From contig MU004185.1 of NCBI GenBank assembly GCA_010093605.1, positions 1,633,334 to 1,697,333 of the forward strand: a stretch of DNA of 64,000 nt. The letters are read 5' to 3'. The position numbers and the translations under genes were made by a program. Below, one piece after another: positions 1 to 11,835 of this stretch (position 1 is its first letter; every line of letters begins with the position of its first letter). Under the pieces are notes generated by a model. That model was not told where the DNA came from and did not search any database. It saw only the letters and a list, made by a program, of their open reading frames with translations. The stretch is from Lophium mytilinum. Its lineage: Eukaryota.

Positions 1-50
1 GAGACACCACAAGGACTGGAGAAAAGGTGCGTATAGCTGTATCAAGCCCC

Positions 51-1388
51 TCAGATACGATTGTTGATGCATCGTAGACAGAGACGACGATCGCATCGCC
101 GGCATTCTTCGATGAAGGGGAGGTGGTTTGTGTTTACGCATAACTCGCAGGTAGTGTTGGCGCCGTCTCTATAATAGCGACGATTCCAGTTATGTTCGCA
201 TTCGGCATCGCCAGACTCAGACGCCGCTATGGATGGAGCTCGCTCTGGCATCGGAAGAGCACGTGTTGGGAGGCGTACAGGAGGTGCCGCGGAAGAGCGA
301 CGACGCCGCATGTTACCCAGAAGGCCTCGTTCTTCGAACTGAGGGCAGGAGCATGTCTTCCACTTAGAACCGCAAAGATAGCAGAACTGCGCTCCGCATC
401 GGCACGTCATATGGTAGCAGCCACTCTCTAGCTCGACCATGTGCTTGCAGGATCGGCACTGCATCCACATGTTTCTGTGGGCTGTGTCCATGAACGGCTG
501 GGTAGTGGGGTCTTCCGGGCAGAGACCTTGGTGGCCGTGGGTTTTACAGACTCTGCAGGTTTCATGCTGGCACTTCGGGCAGGTGGCGATGTCTCTGTTT
601 CCGCTGTAGAACTCCGGACGGATGAACTGTCCACAAGCTACACTTGAGCAGTAGGTTGGATTCGAAGTGTTGAGTTCGATACGCTTCTCGATGAAGCGGT
701 CAACAAAGTCCCGCGTAAAGAAAGGCTCGCAGTCAACCAGAGAGATAGGAATGCGGCAGCAGCGCGGAGGAAAGAGCGATGTATCTGTCAAAGATGACTC
801 GAAGAGATCCAGGATGCAGTCGCGGCAGTAAGCATGCGGAGTCGGTTGGCAATTGAGATGCAGCATATCGAAGTTGGGCTTGGTCTCTAGGCAAGCCACG
901 CACTCGGTATGAGTGGCTGCTGTAGACGTTGCTTTTCCCTTCCCTTTGAAAATTGGATTCGAGGATTCTCCGCGCTCTTCGTCCGAATCTGCATCGTACG
1001 CAGAGCTGATGCTCGTCGTAGTTTGAGCGACCTCTTCGATATGTCTCTCATCATCGCTATCGATCGCCATGATGGATTCTGGTCGATAGCTGTGCTGCGG
1101 AACTGGTACTTGCGTTCCGTGCAAACGACAGGCGAGCTCGTGATCTTGTTCCGCTTGTTGTTCTTCGTGGATGAGGCCAACGAACGTAGTCCACTCCTTC
1201 CTATCCGTGCGGAGAAGGTTGAGAGCGAAGCACTGGCTGTCGGCAAGCTCAAGGCTTTCCTCCAAGATATCTCGCATGATGTTGAAGGCAGCGAGTTCAT
1301 CATCTTGTTTGTGGTGTGATCCATCAACGAAAGCTCCGATGTCTTCGAGTTGGAGCTGGAGGACGAGACGCGCAGATTCGGGATCCAT
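51..1388 (-). CDS. RBR (RING-IBR-RING) E3 ubiquitin ligase, fungal IBR-domain family
   Basis: 445-aa ORF: RING1 (CVAC...HAYCRDC...PPRCC), IBR (YCSSVAC...CPKC...CRVC...H...C), RING2 with catalytic Cys (CRSCKHMVELESGCYHMTCRCGAQFCYLC), plus an extra C-terminal Cys/His-rich module. Possible 5'UTR intron 1391-1474 (GTAAGC...CAG). Confidence 0.9.
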   Translation of the reverse strand: MDPESARLVLQLQLEDIGAFVDGSHHKQDDELAAFNIMRDILEESLELADSQCFALNLLRTDRKEWTTFVGLIHEEQQAEQDHELACRLHGTQVPVPQHSYRPESIMAIDSDDERHIEEVAQTTTSISSAYDADSDEERGESSNPIFKGKGKATSTAATHTECVACLETKPNFDMLHLNCQPTPHAYCRDCILDLFESSLTDTSLFPPRCCRIPISLVDCEPFFTRDFVDRFIEKRIELNTSNPTYCSSVACGQFIRPEFYSGNRDIATCPKCQHETCRVCKTHGHQGLCPEDPTTQPFMDTAHRNMWMQCRSCKHMVELESGCYHMTCRCGAQFCYLCGSKWKTCSCPQFEERGLLGNMRRRRSSAAPPVRLPTRALPMPERAPSIAASESGDAECEHNWNRRYYRDGANTTCELCVNTNHLPFIEECRRCDRRLCLRCINNRI

Positions 1389-2056
1389 ACCTGCGGCACG
1401 AAACGTCCAAGTCCTGAATCTTCGTCAAAGACTGATCTGATCATACCATTGTGTTCTTCGAGGTCGTTGCTTACCTGTGCGACAAGAGGATACCTACGGC
1501 TTTGCTGTCGCGCGTGGAGATACTGAGGTACAAGAGCACCTCGCCCAGCGCGATGAAATGGAAATTATGACGAAGGCCTGGTGATGGCGTGGGGGGATGA
1601 GGGTGGTGAGATGAAGGTGGTGAGGAAGAGGCGAGGCGCGTCGTGTAGAAGTCGAACGCGTTTCCAATGACATCACAAGCAAGCGAAATGCCGCATCGGA
1701 GAAGGTCTCTCGTACTTGCCGATGGTAGATGTGTTTGAGTGAGACTTGAAATCGTGCAGGATGAAGATCTCAAACATCCAGACAGTGACATACGAGTGCT
1801 AGCAAAACGGCGGCCCGACACTACAAACCGGCACAGCAGATGACAGTATCCTCGATAAAACTTTCTAGCATGCGAAGTGAGCGACCAAGAAGGTGAGAGA
1901 ACGCAAGAGTGAGAAGACACCGAAGCGCTGCATCCACCCGATTGGAGAGCTCGATGTGCCATCATACGTGGAATCTCGCATCTCCATTTACGCCGGGTAT
2001 CCCAAACAATACAAAGCCCACAAGGTTTCGTCCTCCAGCCCGGTCTCTGCGGCCCG

Positions 2057-2929
2057 TCATATTACGCCCCCGTCCCGGTAAGTATACAGCGAAGGAACAG
2101 CATCACCTCGATCGAGAGGACACCAAGCGAGATGAAACACCCCATCAACTAGAACTGGGGTCCCGCAATACATGGCGGGCTGGTTTTCCCGAAACCAGAC
2201 CGCGCTGGTAGGGACGCAGAAGACATCAAGGGCTCTGCCAGCCTCAAATGCCCTGTCCGGATCCACTAAGATATTCTTAATAGCAACCGCTTGCCCCATG
2301 ATCGGTATCGCTTGAAGCCTCAGAAGGCGGCGCACTGCTGCAGCATCATTGGCCCATCCCTTGCGTATTAAGTAAGTAGTATCGGTGCTTTGCTTCCGGA
2401 ATGTTGAATCAAGGATGCCGTTAGGAAAGAAATCTCGAGTCTCGCCGAGGTTGTCGTGCTGCCACTTCCCGACTGCTCCGTAGATAATAGATATCTGCTC
2501 TTCTCTTCGTGTCCGCAGCTCCTCGTCCCACGCATTTTGAATCAAGATAATAGGGTGTAAACGAGAGAGTTCGTAGGAAACCCGATCCCGTTGTCTCACG
2601 GGAAGTACGGACATCACTTCGGTCATGTGCTCCAGGTGTGTTACGTCTCTTTGCCAACGCCACGTGTCGTGCCATCGCCCCGTAAATTGAATCTCGCGGT
2701 CGAACTTCCATCCTATACATTCCCACATCACTAGTTCTGGCTCGGTTGGGATGTAGTTTGATTTAAAGGAGAGAAAGTCTTTGACGGTGGCGTGGCGCAT
2801 CTTGAAGGCGCGTAGGACAGCTACTTCTTCGGGGTCAAGAACACCACCAGGCACGATGGCGATATGTGGCTCTTCGGGTTGACACGTCGACGGGGAGGGA
2901 GGCACGGGATCTTGGTCTTGAAGCGGCAT
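2057..2929 (-). CDS. Hypothetical protein (290 aa)
   Basis: Long ATG-initiated ORF with protein-like composition; no domain recognised. Confidence 0.6.
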   Translation of the reverse strand: MPLQDQDPVPPSPSTCQPEEPHIAIVPGGVLDPEEVAVLRAFKMRHATVKDFLSFKSNYIPTEPELVMWECIGWKFDREIQFTGRWHDTWRWQRDVTHLEHMTEVMSVLPVRQRDRVSYELSRLHPIILIQNAWDEELRTRREEQISIIYGAVGKWQHDNLGETRDFFPNGILDSTFRKQSTDTTYLIRKGWANDAAAVRRLLRLQAIPIMGQAVAIKNILVDPDRAFEAGRALDVFCVPTSAVWFRENQPAMYCGTPVLVDGVFHLAWCPLDRGDAVPSLYTYRDGGVI

Positions 2930-3181
2930 GTCGACTTCGGGCTCGGATATTTTCTAAGCAAAGTGATAAGTTATTGACGGATCTTTGCAAGTGAAGTAGA
3001 TTCGCAAAAGATAAGGTGAGTTGTGGGAAGCATCGCTAATTCAAAGCTCGACCCATGGTTCACACTGTCCATTGAATCACAAGATTCTGCAAGGGTGGCA
3101 CCAAGACACGTCACATGTTCTATTTGTTTAAGAGATGGTCTTGATTACCATTGGCTTGAGGGTACAGATTGGAAGTACATA

Positions 3182-3408
3182 CAGCGACAGGACTTAAGTC
3201 TGGGCACACTGGGTTGCCACTGCGGAGGGAATCCCCGGGGATTCTGAAGATCCGAAGTCGATGTTGAGTTTTAAGCGGTGTATATTAGACTACCTTTTGA
3301 CTGATTAGCTGCTTAGCAGCCAGAACACCCCCCACAGTGGTGTAAAGTGAGCAATATTGAAGCCAAGTAGCGATAGATCTGTGCGCCCAGACATATGGCT
3401 TGGTACTG
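3182..3408. mobile_element. 227-bp MITE, Tc1/mariner (impala/mimp-like), copy 1
   Basis: Flanked by TA (3180-3181, 3409-3410). Imperfect ~28-bp TIRs CAGCGACAGGACTTAAGTCTGGGCACAC / GTGCGCCCAGACATATGGCTTGGTACTG. Colinear with 3531-3757. Confidence 0.75.
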
Positions 3409-3530
3409 TACATACCTAATTGCATCAAAGCAAAACACATCTATGATACCCCACAGATCAGTCCTCGAACCGCTTTCTTTTCTGTGCAACAGCGACATCC
3501 CCCTACCCCTTTTCGAGCTCTCTTAAGCTA

Positions 3531-3757
3531 CAGTGACATGCCACAAGTCTGCGCACACTGGTTCGCCACTGCTTGGGGCACCCCCACAGGATCTCGAAGA
3601 ATGAAGGCCGATGTCAAGCGTCAAGCAGTGTAAATTAGACTGCTTTTTGACTAACTAGCTGCCCATCAGCCAGGCTACCCCGAACAGTGGTGTCGAATGA
3701 GCATGTTGGAGCCGAGCTGTAATGAGTCTGTGTGCCCAGACTTATGGCCTAGTGCTG
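3531..3757. mobile_element. 227-bp MITE, Tc1/mariner (impala/mimp-like), copy 2
   Basis: Flanked by TA (3529-3530, 3758-3759). TIRs CAGTGACATGCCACAAGTCTGCGCACAC / GTGTGCCCAGACTTATGGCCTAGTGCTG. Same length as copy 1, with shared internal blocks (ATTAGACT..TTTTGACT, CAGTGGTGT). Confidence 0.75.
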
Positions 3758-4690
3758 TAGGTTCTCTAAACGCCATGTCCTGCAGCTGTCACAGCTGATC
3801 CACGAGCACTTCTTGCACTGCGTGAGCCACGGATACAAACGGTTACAGCCCCCGAGGTCCTGGCACTTGTTGACATTGCAGCCGAGAACGTACTCCTGCT
3901 CATTCTGGGGATGAGAGCAAGATTCCGGTTCGTGTATAGAGTTGCGTCTCTCAGGCATAAAGTCGTGTCTTTCGGGCAATACTGCCAATAAATCTGCGTC
4001 TGGGCGGAGCGGACGTCGTGGCTGATGGACAAGATCCATAAAAGCCTGAATCTCTTCTTCGAGCGCCAATGCGTGGCATCCGCCATTGCAGTCCACCCAG
4101 GCCTTTTCGCATTGATAGCAGAACTCGTAGTTGCAATTGCACTTCATGTGTTCGCAGCCCGCGAGCTTCTCGACGAAAAAATGGCATTTGCCACATCTCT
4201 TCCAGCCTCGAAGTCTCGCCATCGCAACCATAGCCACGTCTGCTGCGTCGTCAAGGCACGGATGTCCAGCGTGTGCCATTTTCTTGCAGAGCTTGCAGGT
4301 CTTTTGGTGGCATTTCGGGCACATGCCCTCGTTGTTCTGGAAGGTGTCACCGGGAATAAACCTTGCGCAAAACGGCTCGAAGCAGTAAACGGGCGACTTT
4401 TCGACCCATTCTTTTGCCCTCTCTACGGTACGGCTCCGTGTCACTTCGTTGAGCAAGGTGTCGGCCACAGTGAAGGATATAGGGCGGCAGCATTTGGGAG
4501 GAAATACTCCTTGTCCGCTGCACGCGTTGTCGAAAACTTGGTTGATGCAGGTCTTGCAGTAGTAGTGACCGCATTCTGTTTCCACCGTTTTGGACTCTGG
4601 GAAGGTGTCGATACACACCAGGCACTCGTATTCACATTCTGCTTCTTCGGTGGAGTCGTAGTCGCATTCTGGTTCCTCAGCGGTAGCCAT
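3749..4690 (-). CDS. Second RBR/IBR E3 ubiquitin ligase
   Basis: RING1 (CLVC...CGHYYCKTC...PPKCC), IBR (YCFEPFC...CPKC...CKLC...H...C), RING2 (CGKCHFFVEKLAGCEHMKCNCNYEFCYQC) and a C-terminal Cys-rich module. First ATG at 4690; the frame is open further upstream, so an upstream exon is possible. Confidence 0.85.
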   Translation of the reverse strand: MATAEEPECDYDSTEEAECEYECLVCIDTFPESKTVETECGHYYCKTCINQVFDNACSGQGVFPPKCCRPISFTVADTLLNEVTRSRTVERAKEWVEKSPVYCFEPFCARFIPGDTFQNNEGMCPKCHQKTCKLCKKMAHAGHPCLDDAADVAMVAMARLRGWKRCGKCHFFVEKLAGCEHMKCNCNYEFCYQCEKAWVDCNGGCHALALEEEIQAFMDLVHQPRRPLRPDADLLAVLPERHDFMPERRNSIHEPESCSHPQNEQEYVLGCNVNKCQDLGGCNRLYPWLTQCKKCSWISCDSCRTWRLENLQH

Positions 4691-6660
4691 TGCGACTTGC
4701 TTGCCCTTTCGCAATAGAGGCTCTGCTTCGTGTCGTGTCCCCGTGATGCGACACTCGGACTTTTTGTTGAACACACTGTGTTAAGAAACACTCTGACACC
4801 GTTTGAGGTGGCCCGTAAGCCTTTTAGTCTCGTTCAAACTGTCCTTTTCCGGTGTCTTATGGTGTATCACAGGACCCCAGGCATTGCTAGGCTAGTGGAC
4901 GAAAAGCCTAGAGGGTATGCGTTGCTCAAGTAATTCACTGCAGCTCTCATCACCCGAAGCTTCCTGTTGGTTGTATTCTTGTCGATATCGTAGAGCCAAA
5001 TGCGACGGGCCAATGGATAGCTAGGAATAGCTTCGGCCGCAGCCCGGAGGAAAGATTGGTCTTGCTGTTACTCTTCTCCAATTACAAGGGATTCGTTTGC
5101 GCCGTGAGGCTCTAAGTGGGTATAGGCGTGCTCGTTCGTGGAAACTTGGAGAATTGGCTGATAGGAAGCAAGCCGAAGGCAACTGTGTCGGGGGGAATAA
5201 GTCTCTTGAAAACTAAAGCTATCTTATCACGCGTGTGTAAGGTCGCGACAAAGTTGGTGTTGATGATTTGTAGCCCAGCCGTTGTCGTAAAGCACTTGCC
5301 TCGAGGACGCACTAGTCTGTACATCGGGCATGTGATACGGGCAGTTACATATAGGTACGCGTCGTGTGATATCATCAGCGAGAAATGGTGAATACGCCGC
5401 TTTGGGCGAAAGGGCAATATCCATTTACCCACTTATTTGTTGTTCGAGCTATAGGACCGCTGATGATGATGCATGAAGTTTGCAATGACCTGCATAGATA
5501 TCCCCAAAAATGGAAGAGAGAACAAGTTTCAGAGCACGATACCAATAAGAAATGCGGACGTCAGAATCTCACAGAAATGTCGAATGTCGCGTTGCGACAG
5601 TCCGACTTTCATGAGGGGGCTACGAAAGGCTTCGAACAGGGTCGGGGAAGGATGGAAAGGGCTTAGAAAACGTACCAGACCGCACGCGACATGCTTAGAC
5701 GACCTATGATTATTGGACCTCTGAAGAGTTGCATACCACCTCGAGAAACGCGTCATAAAGTCTAGAGCGCTGGCCCATCTTCAATGGTCCGGCACCTCCA
5801 TACATGGTCTCCAGCGTGCTCCATTTACATACCATCTAACACTGGTGCGGGATCACTTTACCACATACTGGAGTAGCCCCACGACTTTCAGAGACCGAGG
5901 CAGCTGTAAAGTTTGATGCTATGGACACCAGGCTAAGCTTGGCCCGCTACATACCAACCGAACTGCCCCTCGATTGAACATGAGTAGGAACCGAGCAGCG
6001 TCATATCTGCAAGCCGGGAGCTGTGGGCTGGACAACTATAGGCAGGAAGAATAGAAATTAGGGGGTGGATGAAGGAGCCGAGGGGCGCCAGGGGGCGCCA
6101 GGACGATGTAAACCTCGCGAGTTGGCACGGACCATGCTCTACTCTGAATTTGGTCTAGGTTGTCATATAGATCCTTTTAGCTAACATGCGATTTGAACGC
6201 GTAGTCAACTACTTTTATTCTCTCCAGTCTGCCTTGATATACTGTCACCACTTCATGCTGCCATCTAACAGATTCCAGGCTCTAGAGAGAGCTGCACAGT
6301 CCCGCATTGTCCGCCAAAGCCGTACATGTTAGACGTGTAACTAATCACCACTTCAAAACACCCTCACGCAGAGTGGAAAGTGGTATCATAAAGCTCTCAA
6401 ATATCAATACCCAGAGGCCCCCACTCACTATCCCTACAATCCCGACTTCCATCTTTAGTAGATTCGCCATACCTTCAAACTCCACTAGAGCATAACTCAG
6501 CTTCTCGCACGTCCATTCATACATCCATCAAAATAACCAGTATAACCCCATAAAGCCCTTCCCAGACCTTCCCATTTTGGTATCCCGCAACGAACCTCTT
6601 GCAACAGAAGTCTCAAATATTCGAAGTCTTAAACACATCCTGCCGGAAGATCAGAACGCG

Positions 6661-9467
6661 CTACATCATATTACCACGGGGAGGGGTACTCACGCCCATG
6701 AATACCCCTCCGTTGCCCGAGAACGCATTCGAGTTGCCTTGTCCGTTCTGATGTTGCTGTTGTTGCTGATTTTGGTCGGTCTGCATGCCCATCGACGATT
6801 GAACGCTACCAGCTGGTAGACCACCGAAGTCCATTGGCATCCAAGTGGCGCCTTGGTTGGTTGCGTCCAAGCCTGGGCCTTGAATGTAAGAGTCCCATGC
6901 GTCCTATTCTCGGGATTAGCGTTGGTCCTGAAATAAAGCATGCTTCAGATACAACAGAATTAGAGTGCTAGCTTACCCAGTCGATGTTGTTCGTGGACGG
7001 TAGATCGATATTCTGGAATCCGAGACTGGGCCCGAACAAAGACGAGAAGGGACTCGGCGCATTCTCTGGTCCGCTCTGGGGATTTCCAAGGCCCCCGTTG
7101 TAATTTGCAGTCAACCCGACCGGCTGTTGCGGGACATCGTTCAAGATGTTCCCCATCGAGGCTGGATACGGCCGGTTTTCGTAAGGGTTGCCCGGGTTCG
7201 GCGTTAATCCTCCTGTGCTGAGCATACCCAAGGTCATCGCAGCAGAATGCTCGGGCGCCACATTCGGGTCTTCCATGAGACCGTTACTTGGGAACGCACC
7301 GGCGGCGCTAGGAAAGTTCTGTTGAGATTTACGAAGTGTATCGTGTTGTCGGAGTTGCTCCAGCGTCGCGTTGAGAAGACCGTGAGCTTTGTAAGCCTCC
7401 ATAGAGTGATCCTTCAGCGAATCCCATATTCCCACAGCTCTTTCAAGAGCAGCCATCATCTCGTCTCGTCGATCCTGTGACCAAACATATATCTCCGATG
7501 GAGGCTGTCTGCCCGATCGCTCCGCCTGAGCCGTGTGGTAGAGGTCCGAACAGACTGTCATTGCAGCGAGTAGGAAGTCAACCGTCGTGAGAGAGGAAAT
7601 GAACCACTTCACACTTCTTAATCTTCCACCCGGACGACACGCTTGCTCTAGCGTGACTTGGTGCTGGAGCATCGTCATTGACGAGTCAATACACGCTGTT
7701 CGAGAAAAAGCGAATCGCGTATTTACTCGCGATGCCGGCAGGAATTTACGGTGAAGGAAGCATAGACTCTTTAGGTAGAGCAGGTCCAGGGTGAATCGCT
7801 GCATAATCAGAGTTGACGTGTCCCTGGCAGACTCCTCCAAAGATCGCAACGCAAGATGAGGCGGGAGGTTAGCCCGTAAATCTCGCAACTGTTGGTCCAG
7901 CTTCATCACCTCCTCATACGATGAACAGGTCAGAGCCGACGTCAGCTCGACTACTTCACCAAACAGTGCAACCATTCGAGCCTTGATGATCAAATAGGAC
8001 ACCGGTGTCGCTTCCGTATCAGGATGGGATGCCGGGAGGATTTTCATATCCTCAAACAACTCGTCGTCATAGAGGTTCCTAGGAAGATCCGTGTTCGTAT
8101 CTCGGGCCCGAATTATTGGAGGCATACCAGCTTGCGCGGAGAAGAGGAGGTCAGAGAACCGCACGACAGCCCACACTCTTCTACGCATCTCGCCTTGGAA
8201 TGTAGTAATGCCTGGATAAGGAGCGGAGTCTCTATGATAGCCCATTCGCATAGCAAGTCGTACGATAATTCCAATGCTGATTAGCACACCAACCTCGGTA
8301 TCCGCACTTCGGCCGTAGTCCGCATAAACATGCAGAATCAAAGTTTCTAGCATGTTGGTGATGGGCTGGGTAATGTCGGCCATTACGAGACATTGGGCTG
8401 TTAAAGTCCTGTATTCGCTCGATACCTCCCATGATTTCCCTCGGTACTCAGGCGGTTCATCACCAGCCCTGCTGTATGACTGAAGAGCCATACACATCAT
8501 AGCGTAGGCCAAACCAAGCCATATGATTGGGGTTTCGGCTGGATTTGCCCAGTGCTTATCGTACTGTTTCTGGAAAGTGTGGCCGTGAATGATATGAAGT
8601 CCAGGATCATAAGTGTTGAAATATCGAGTTATCAATATGTCTGCAGTCGGCTTGAGAGGAAAGGAAGCTAAGATTTCAGCATGGGTTGTAGGTTTCTGTG
8701 CCCCAAATAGAAAGGCAGTCCCCGGCTGGTACTCCTCGTGATGTTCGGCTTTGAACTTTTGATAATGCTCATCATATTGTTTTTTATGCTCACTGAAATA
8801 ATTCTTGACTTCAGATATCTGTTAAAAATCAACATCTGCCTTTGTGAGACATAGTGTGGCGCGCTTACCTCTCCCAAAATGGCATACCAGTGCGCCTCGG
8901 ACGCGAATATTGCCTTGTTGTTGTCTACTTTCATCACCCCAATAGACTTAGTAACTTGGCTGACCTCGCTTTCATCCTCGTCCTCTGTCTCTTCTTTGAT
9001 AGACTCGGGTGCGTTGAGGTCGTAGGGCTGGTCCATGGAGTTTCCATTCATGCTATTCGCAATGGCAGCAGCTGCCGCTGTCGGTCCCTGGCTTTGTGCG
9101 CCATTTGTCATTAACGAAAGCACAAGTCCTTCGAGGCGGTCAATGCGATTTTGCATATCATCTGGTGAGTTTGTGGAGCCAGAGCTTGAAGAACTCTTCT
9201 TGCGACTGCCCGGAGTAGCGTACGTACATGAACCCGTATCGCCTCTCTTGGTGCAGTTGTCACAGGGGTGTCCTCGATTGCATTTCAGCCTATGGCTATG
9301 TCAACACGCATTCCTAGCTTCTGTTGCATGAGAGGATCCTACTTTCGATGCCTGCATGGTCCGCATGATAGCGGCACACGATTTCTCTTACGGACAACTC
9401 GATATTGAGCATCGGTTGGAGATTGACCTGCGCTGGACGACCCAGTAGAGGGTGGTGTAGGCGTCAT
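6661..9467 (-). CDS. Zn(II)2Cys6 transcription factor with fungal-specific TF (Fungal_trans) middle domain
   Basis: Spliced model: exons 9467-9343, 9289-8869, 8818-6977, 6903-6661. Gives RKRNRVPLSCGPCRHRKLKCNRGHPCDNCTKRGDTGSC and AMRMGYHRD...GEMRRRVW. GT-AG boundaries keep frame. Confidence 0.93.
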
Positions 9468-10890
9468 GGCGAGAGGAGGCCTACGGGTGTGGTGCAAATA
9501 GTGGAGTGGCCGGACTTAATAGTAAAGTCCGCTTAGCTGGCGGAGAGGTGTATGCAGCGACAGGGGCTGGATTCGGCGGATTGGTGAGAGGATAGGCCTA
9601 GGTAGCGTCCAGTAGCAAGCTGGCGTCGGGCTATCGTTCCTAGGAGAGCGAAGGAGCAGTTCTTCCTGACGTTGGGGCGCTGACGCGACGGTTTTAAATA
9701 CGTCCGGCCAGCTGCCTATCTCCAGCGCCAAGGCTTTCCAGTCCGATCCTTAAGAAGCCTAGGACGCCCTCGTGGTGAGGCCGAGGGCTCAGATCACACG
9801 TCTTGTATTCTGTACGTGGTTCTCCTCCGATGCGCCGTTGTACTATTTTCAGCTGCTCCTTGATTTCCCGGTGTGAAGGCGCGATTTTGTGTCCTGGATG
9901 GGAGAGGCTTTCACGGTGGTCGATACGAAGTCGCAAAGCTTTGAGGGGTACGGCCTCCGAATTTTCGATCGATCACCTTGGGTAGTTAGGCAGGAACTCC
10001 TCCGGAGGTATGATAGGGCAGCGAGACCAATTTGTCGAGCGCAATAAAGGTATTCAAATGCTAAGCAGAGAGCAGATTAGCAAGAGCGTCCCTCGCAATC
10101 CTCGAGGCCACATACCTGTCGTGAGCCAGCTCCGATCGCAATGCCCTCGTCGTCGCAGCTCTATCTCTGCTGAAACACGGCAAGGCTGTGGGACCACGGT
10201 CGCAATGGCGCGTCTCTGCAACGGTTCCGCGCTGGTCGAGACAATAGATGCACAGCACTGGAGAGAGTCTGGGTGAGGTTGCGGGATGACGAGGGAGGGG
10301 ATAAAGAGGAAGTGTGGTAGCGACACACTCGACTTAACTCCGTCGTTCGTTCGTCGATGCCAAGCTTCAACAAGAGAGGTCATCTGAGATGACATAACGA
10401 GGTCGAGTCTGCATCCTTTGGGCTGCGATAAACCCTGCAGGGCTACTGTGACTCACACTCCTGCTGCAGCTACATGTACCAGCTGGGGCTGTATCAGCGG
10501 CTGCCAGTTCTGGTGGTGAGCGCAAAATTGCGGTCGTAGCTCTGCCCCTCGCCCTCACGAAGACGCGCGCCACCCACCTCATCCGTCTGACCGTCGTTCG
10601 ATTAAGTATATCTACAGTACAGCCATCACATCCATGGTAGATAGAGTACCTCCTTACTAGACAGACGGGCGAGCATGGATGGGACGGTTACGCTTTGTAA
10701 TGCTCCCAAGTTTCCCCAGGTTCACAGGCTCTTCACCCACGGATCGCAATCACAGAACCCAGGTTGCTGACTGAGCGCTACTATCCTTAATTGGACATCA
10801 TTACAAGAGCCTGATCGGACACCACAAAGCTTGCTAGATGCTTATTCCCGAAGCCACGAGCAAGAGAAGACTATTTATGTCTACATTCAC

Positions 10891-11835
10891 CTACGAAGCC
10901 GACCACGACGTCATCTCCTGCTTCTTCTCATCCCATCTGAAGACGCCTCCGCTTCCCACATTGTACTGGTAGTAGTTCTCCGTTCCCGCTTTGACCATAG
11001 CCTTTCTAAAGGTAATGTTGATTCGCCCCTTGTCGCTGTCTCCGCCCTTCCTCTTCGGGATGCTGTGCAGCCAATTCGCCTGAGTCGGTCCCCTCATGAG
11101 GACCATGTCTCCAGAAGCCAGCGGGAGCTTTATAGGCTTAGCCTCAGGCGTGACAGCGTCCGATTCTGACGGCGGCTTCGGCTTGTGCTTCATCAAGAAG
11201 TCTCTCTTTGCGCCGAGCGTGAAGGATGCTATGGCGGGATTTGGACCAAGGAACCGCTCGTCGTCGCTGTGGTAGGAGATGCTGTCGTTGCCCGTCGCGT
11301 AATAATTCACAAGACAGAAGTTGAATGTCTCTCCGGTGGTGCCTTCGGTGATAGTTCGCAGGGTGTCCAAGCAGTGTGGAATCGGTCGCGGCTTGCATTT
11401 ATATTTGTCCCTTGCAACAGACTGTTTCGTCTTGCTGTCCAGCAGATTGCCGTCTGCTCCGAAACAGGACGTTTCGTCTACTCCAAACACAGTCGTCCAT
11501 CGCGGGGTATTGATCTGTGTCTCGGTTGGCCCACGCTTGATGTTGTATCGAACACGGTAGAAGAAAAGCTCCTGTCTCAGGAACTTGAAGAGCTCGCGAT
11601 GGATGTCTTTGGGCACGTATGGTTCAAAGTAGAGAAGATCGAGATCCGGCTGGTCATTCATCGCTCGGCCTTCAGACGCGGGAGCAAATCCAAGGCCATC
11701 TGTGATTGCCGCTGGGAGATGAGGTATGTGGAATGGGTAATTGGGGTGGCTGGAAACCTCATTTAAGGTCTCAATCTTGGGCTTCTTTGCTACTGCTGGC
11801 GCGAAGAAGCCGTCGAGGGTTCGCTTCTTCGACAT
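10891..11835 (-). CDS. AlkB-family 2OG-Fe(II) dioxygenase (ALKBH2/3-like DNA repair)
   Basis: FNFCLVNYYATGNDSISYHSDDE (HxD), WLHSIPK (distal His), RINITFR (2OG-binding Arg pair). Likely start MSKKR at 11835. Confidence 0.9.
   Translation of the reverse strand: MSKKRTLDGFFAPAVAKKPKIETLNEVSSHPNYPFHIPHLPAAITDGLGFAPASEGRAMNDQPDLDLLYFEPYVPKDIHRELFKFLRQELFFYRVRYNIKRGPTETQINTPRWTTVFGVDETSCFGADGNLLDSKTKQSVARDKYKCKPRPIPHCLDTLRTITEGTTGETFNFCLVNYYATGNDSISYHSDDERFLGPNPAIASFTLGAKRDFLMKHKPKPPSESDAVTPEAKPIKLPLASGDMVLMRGPTQANWLHSIPKRKGGDSDKGRINITFRKAMVKAGTENYYQYNVGSGGVFRWDEKKQEMTSWSAS

Noticed and set aside
4930..6600. Several 60-106 aa ORFs and the duplication AGGGG(G)CGCCA at ~6081-6102
   Set aside because: No domain, splice pattern or terminal repeats; consistent with intergenic or UTR sequence.
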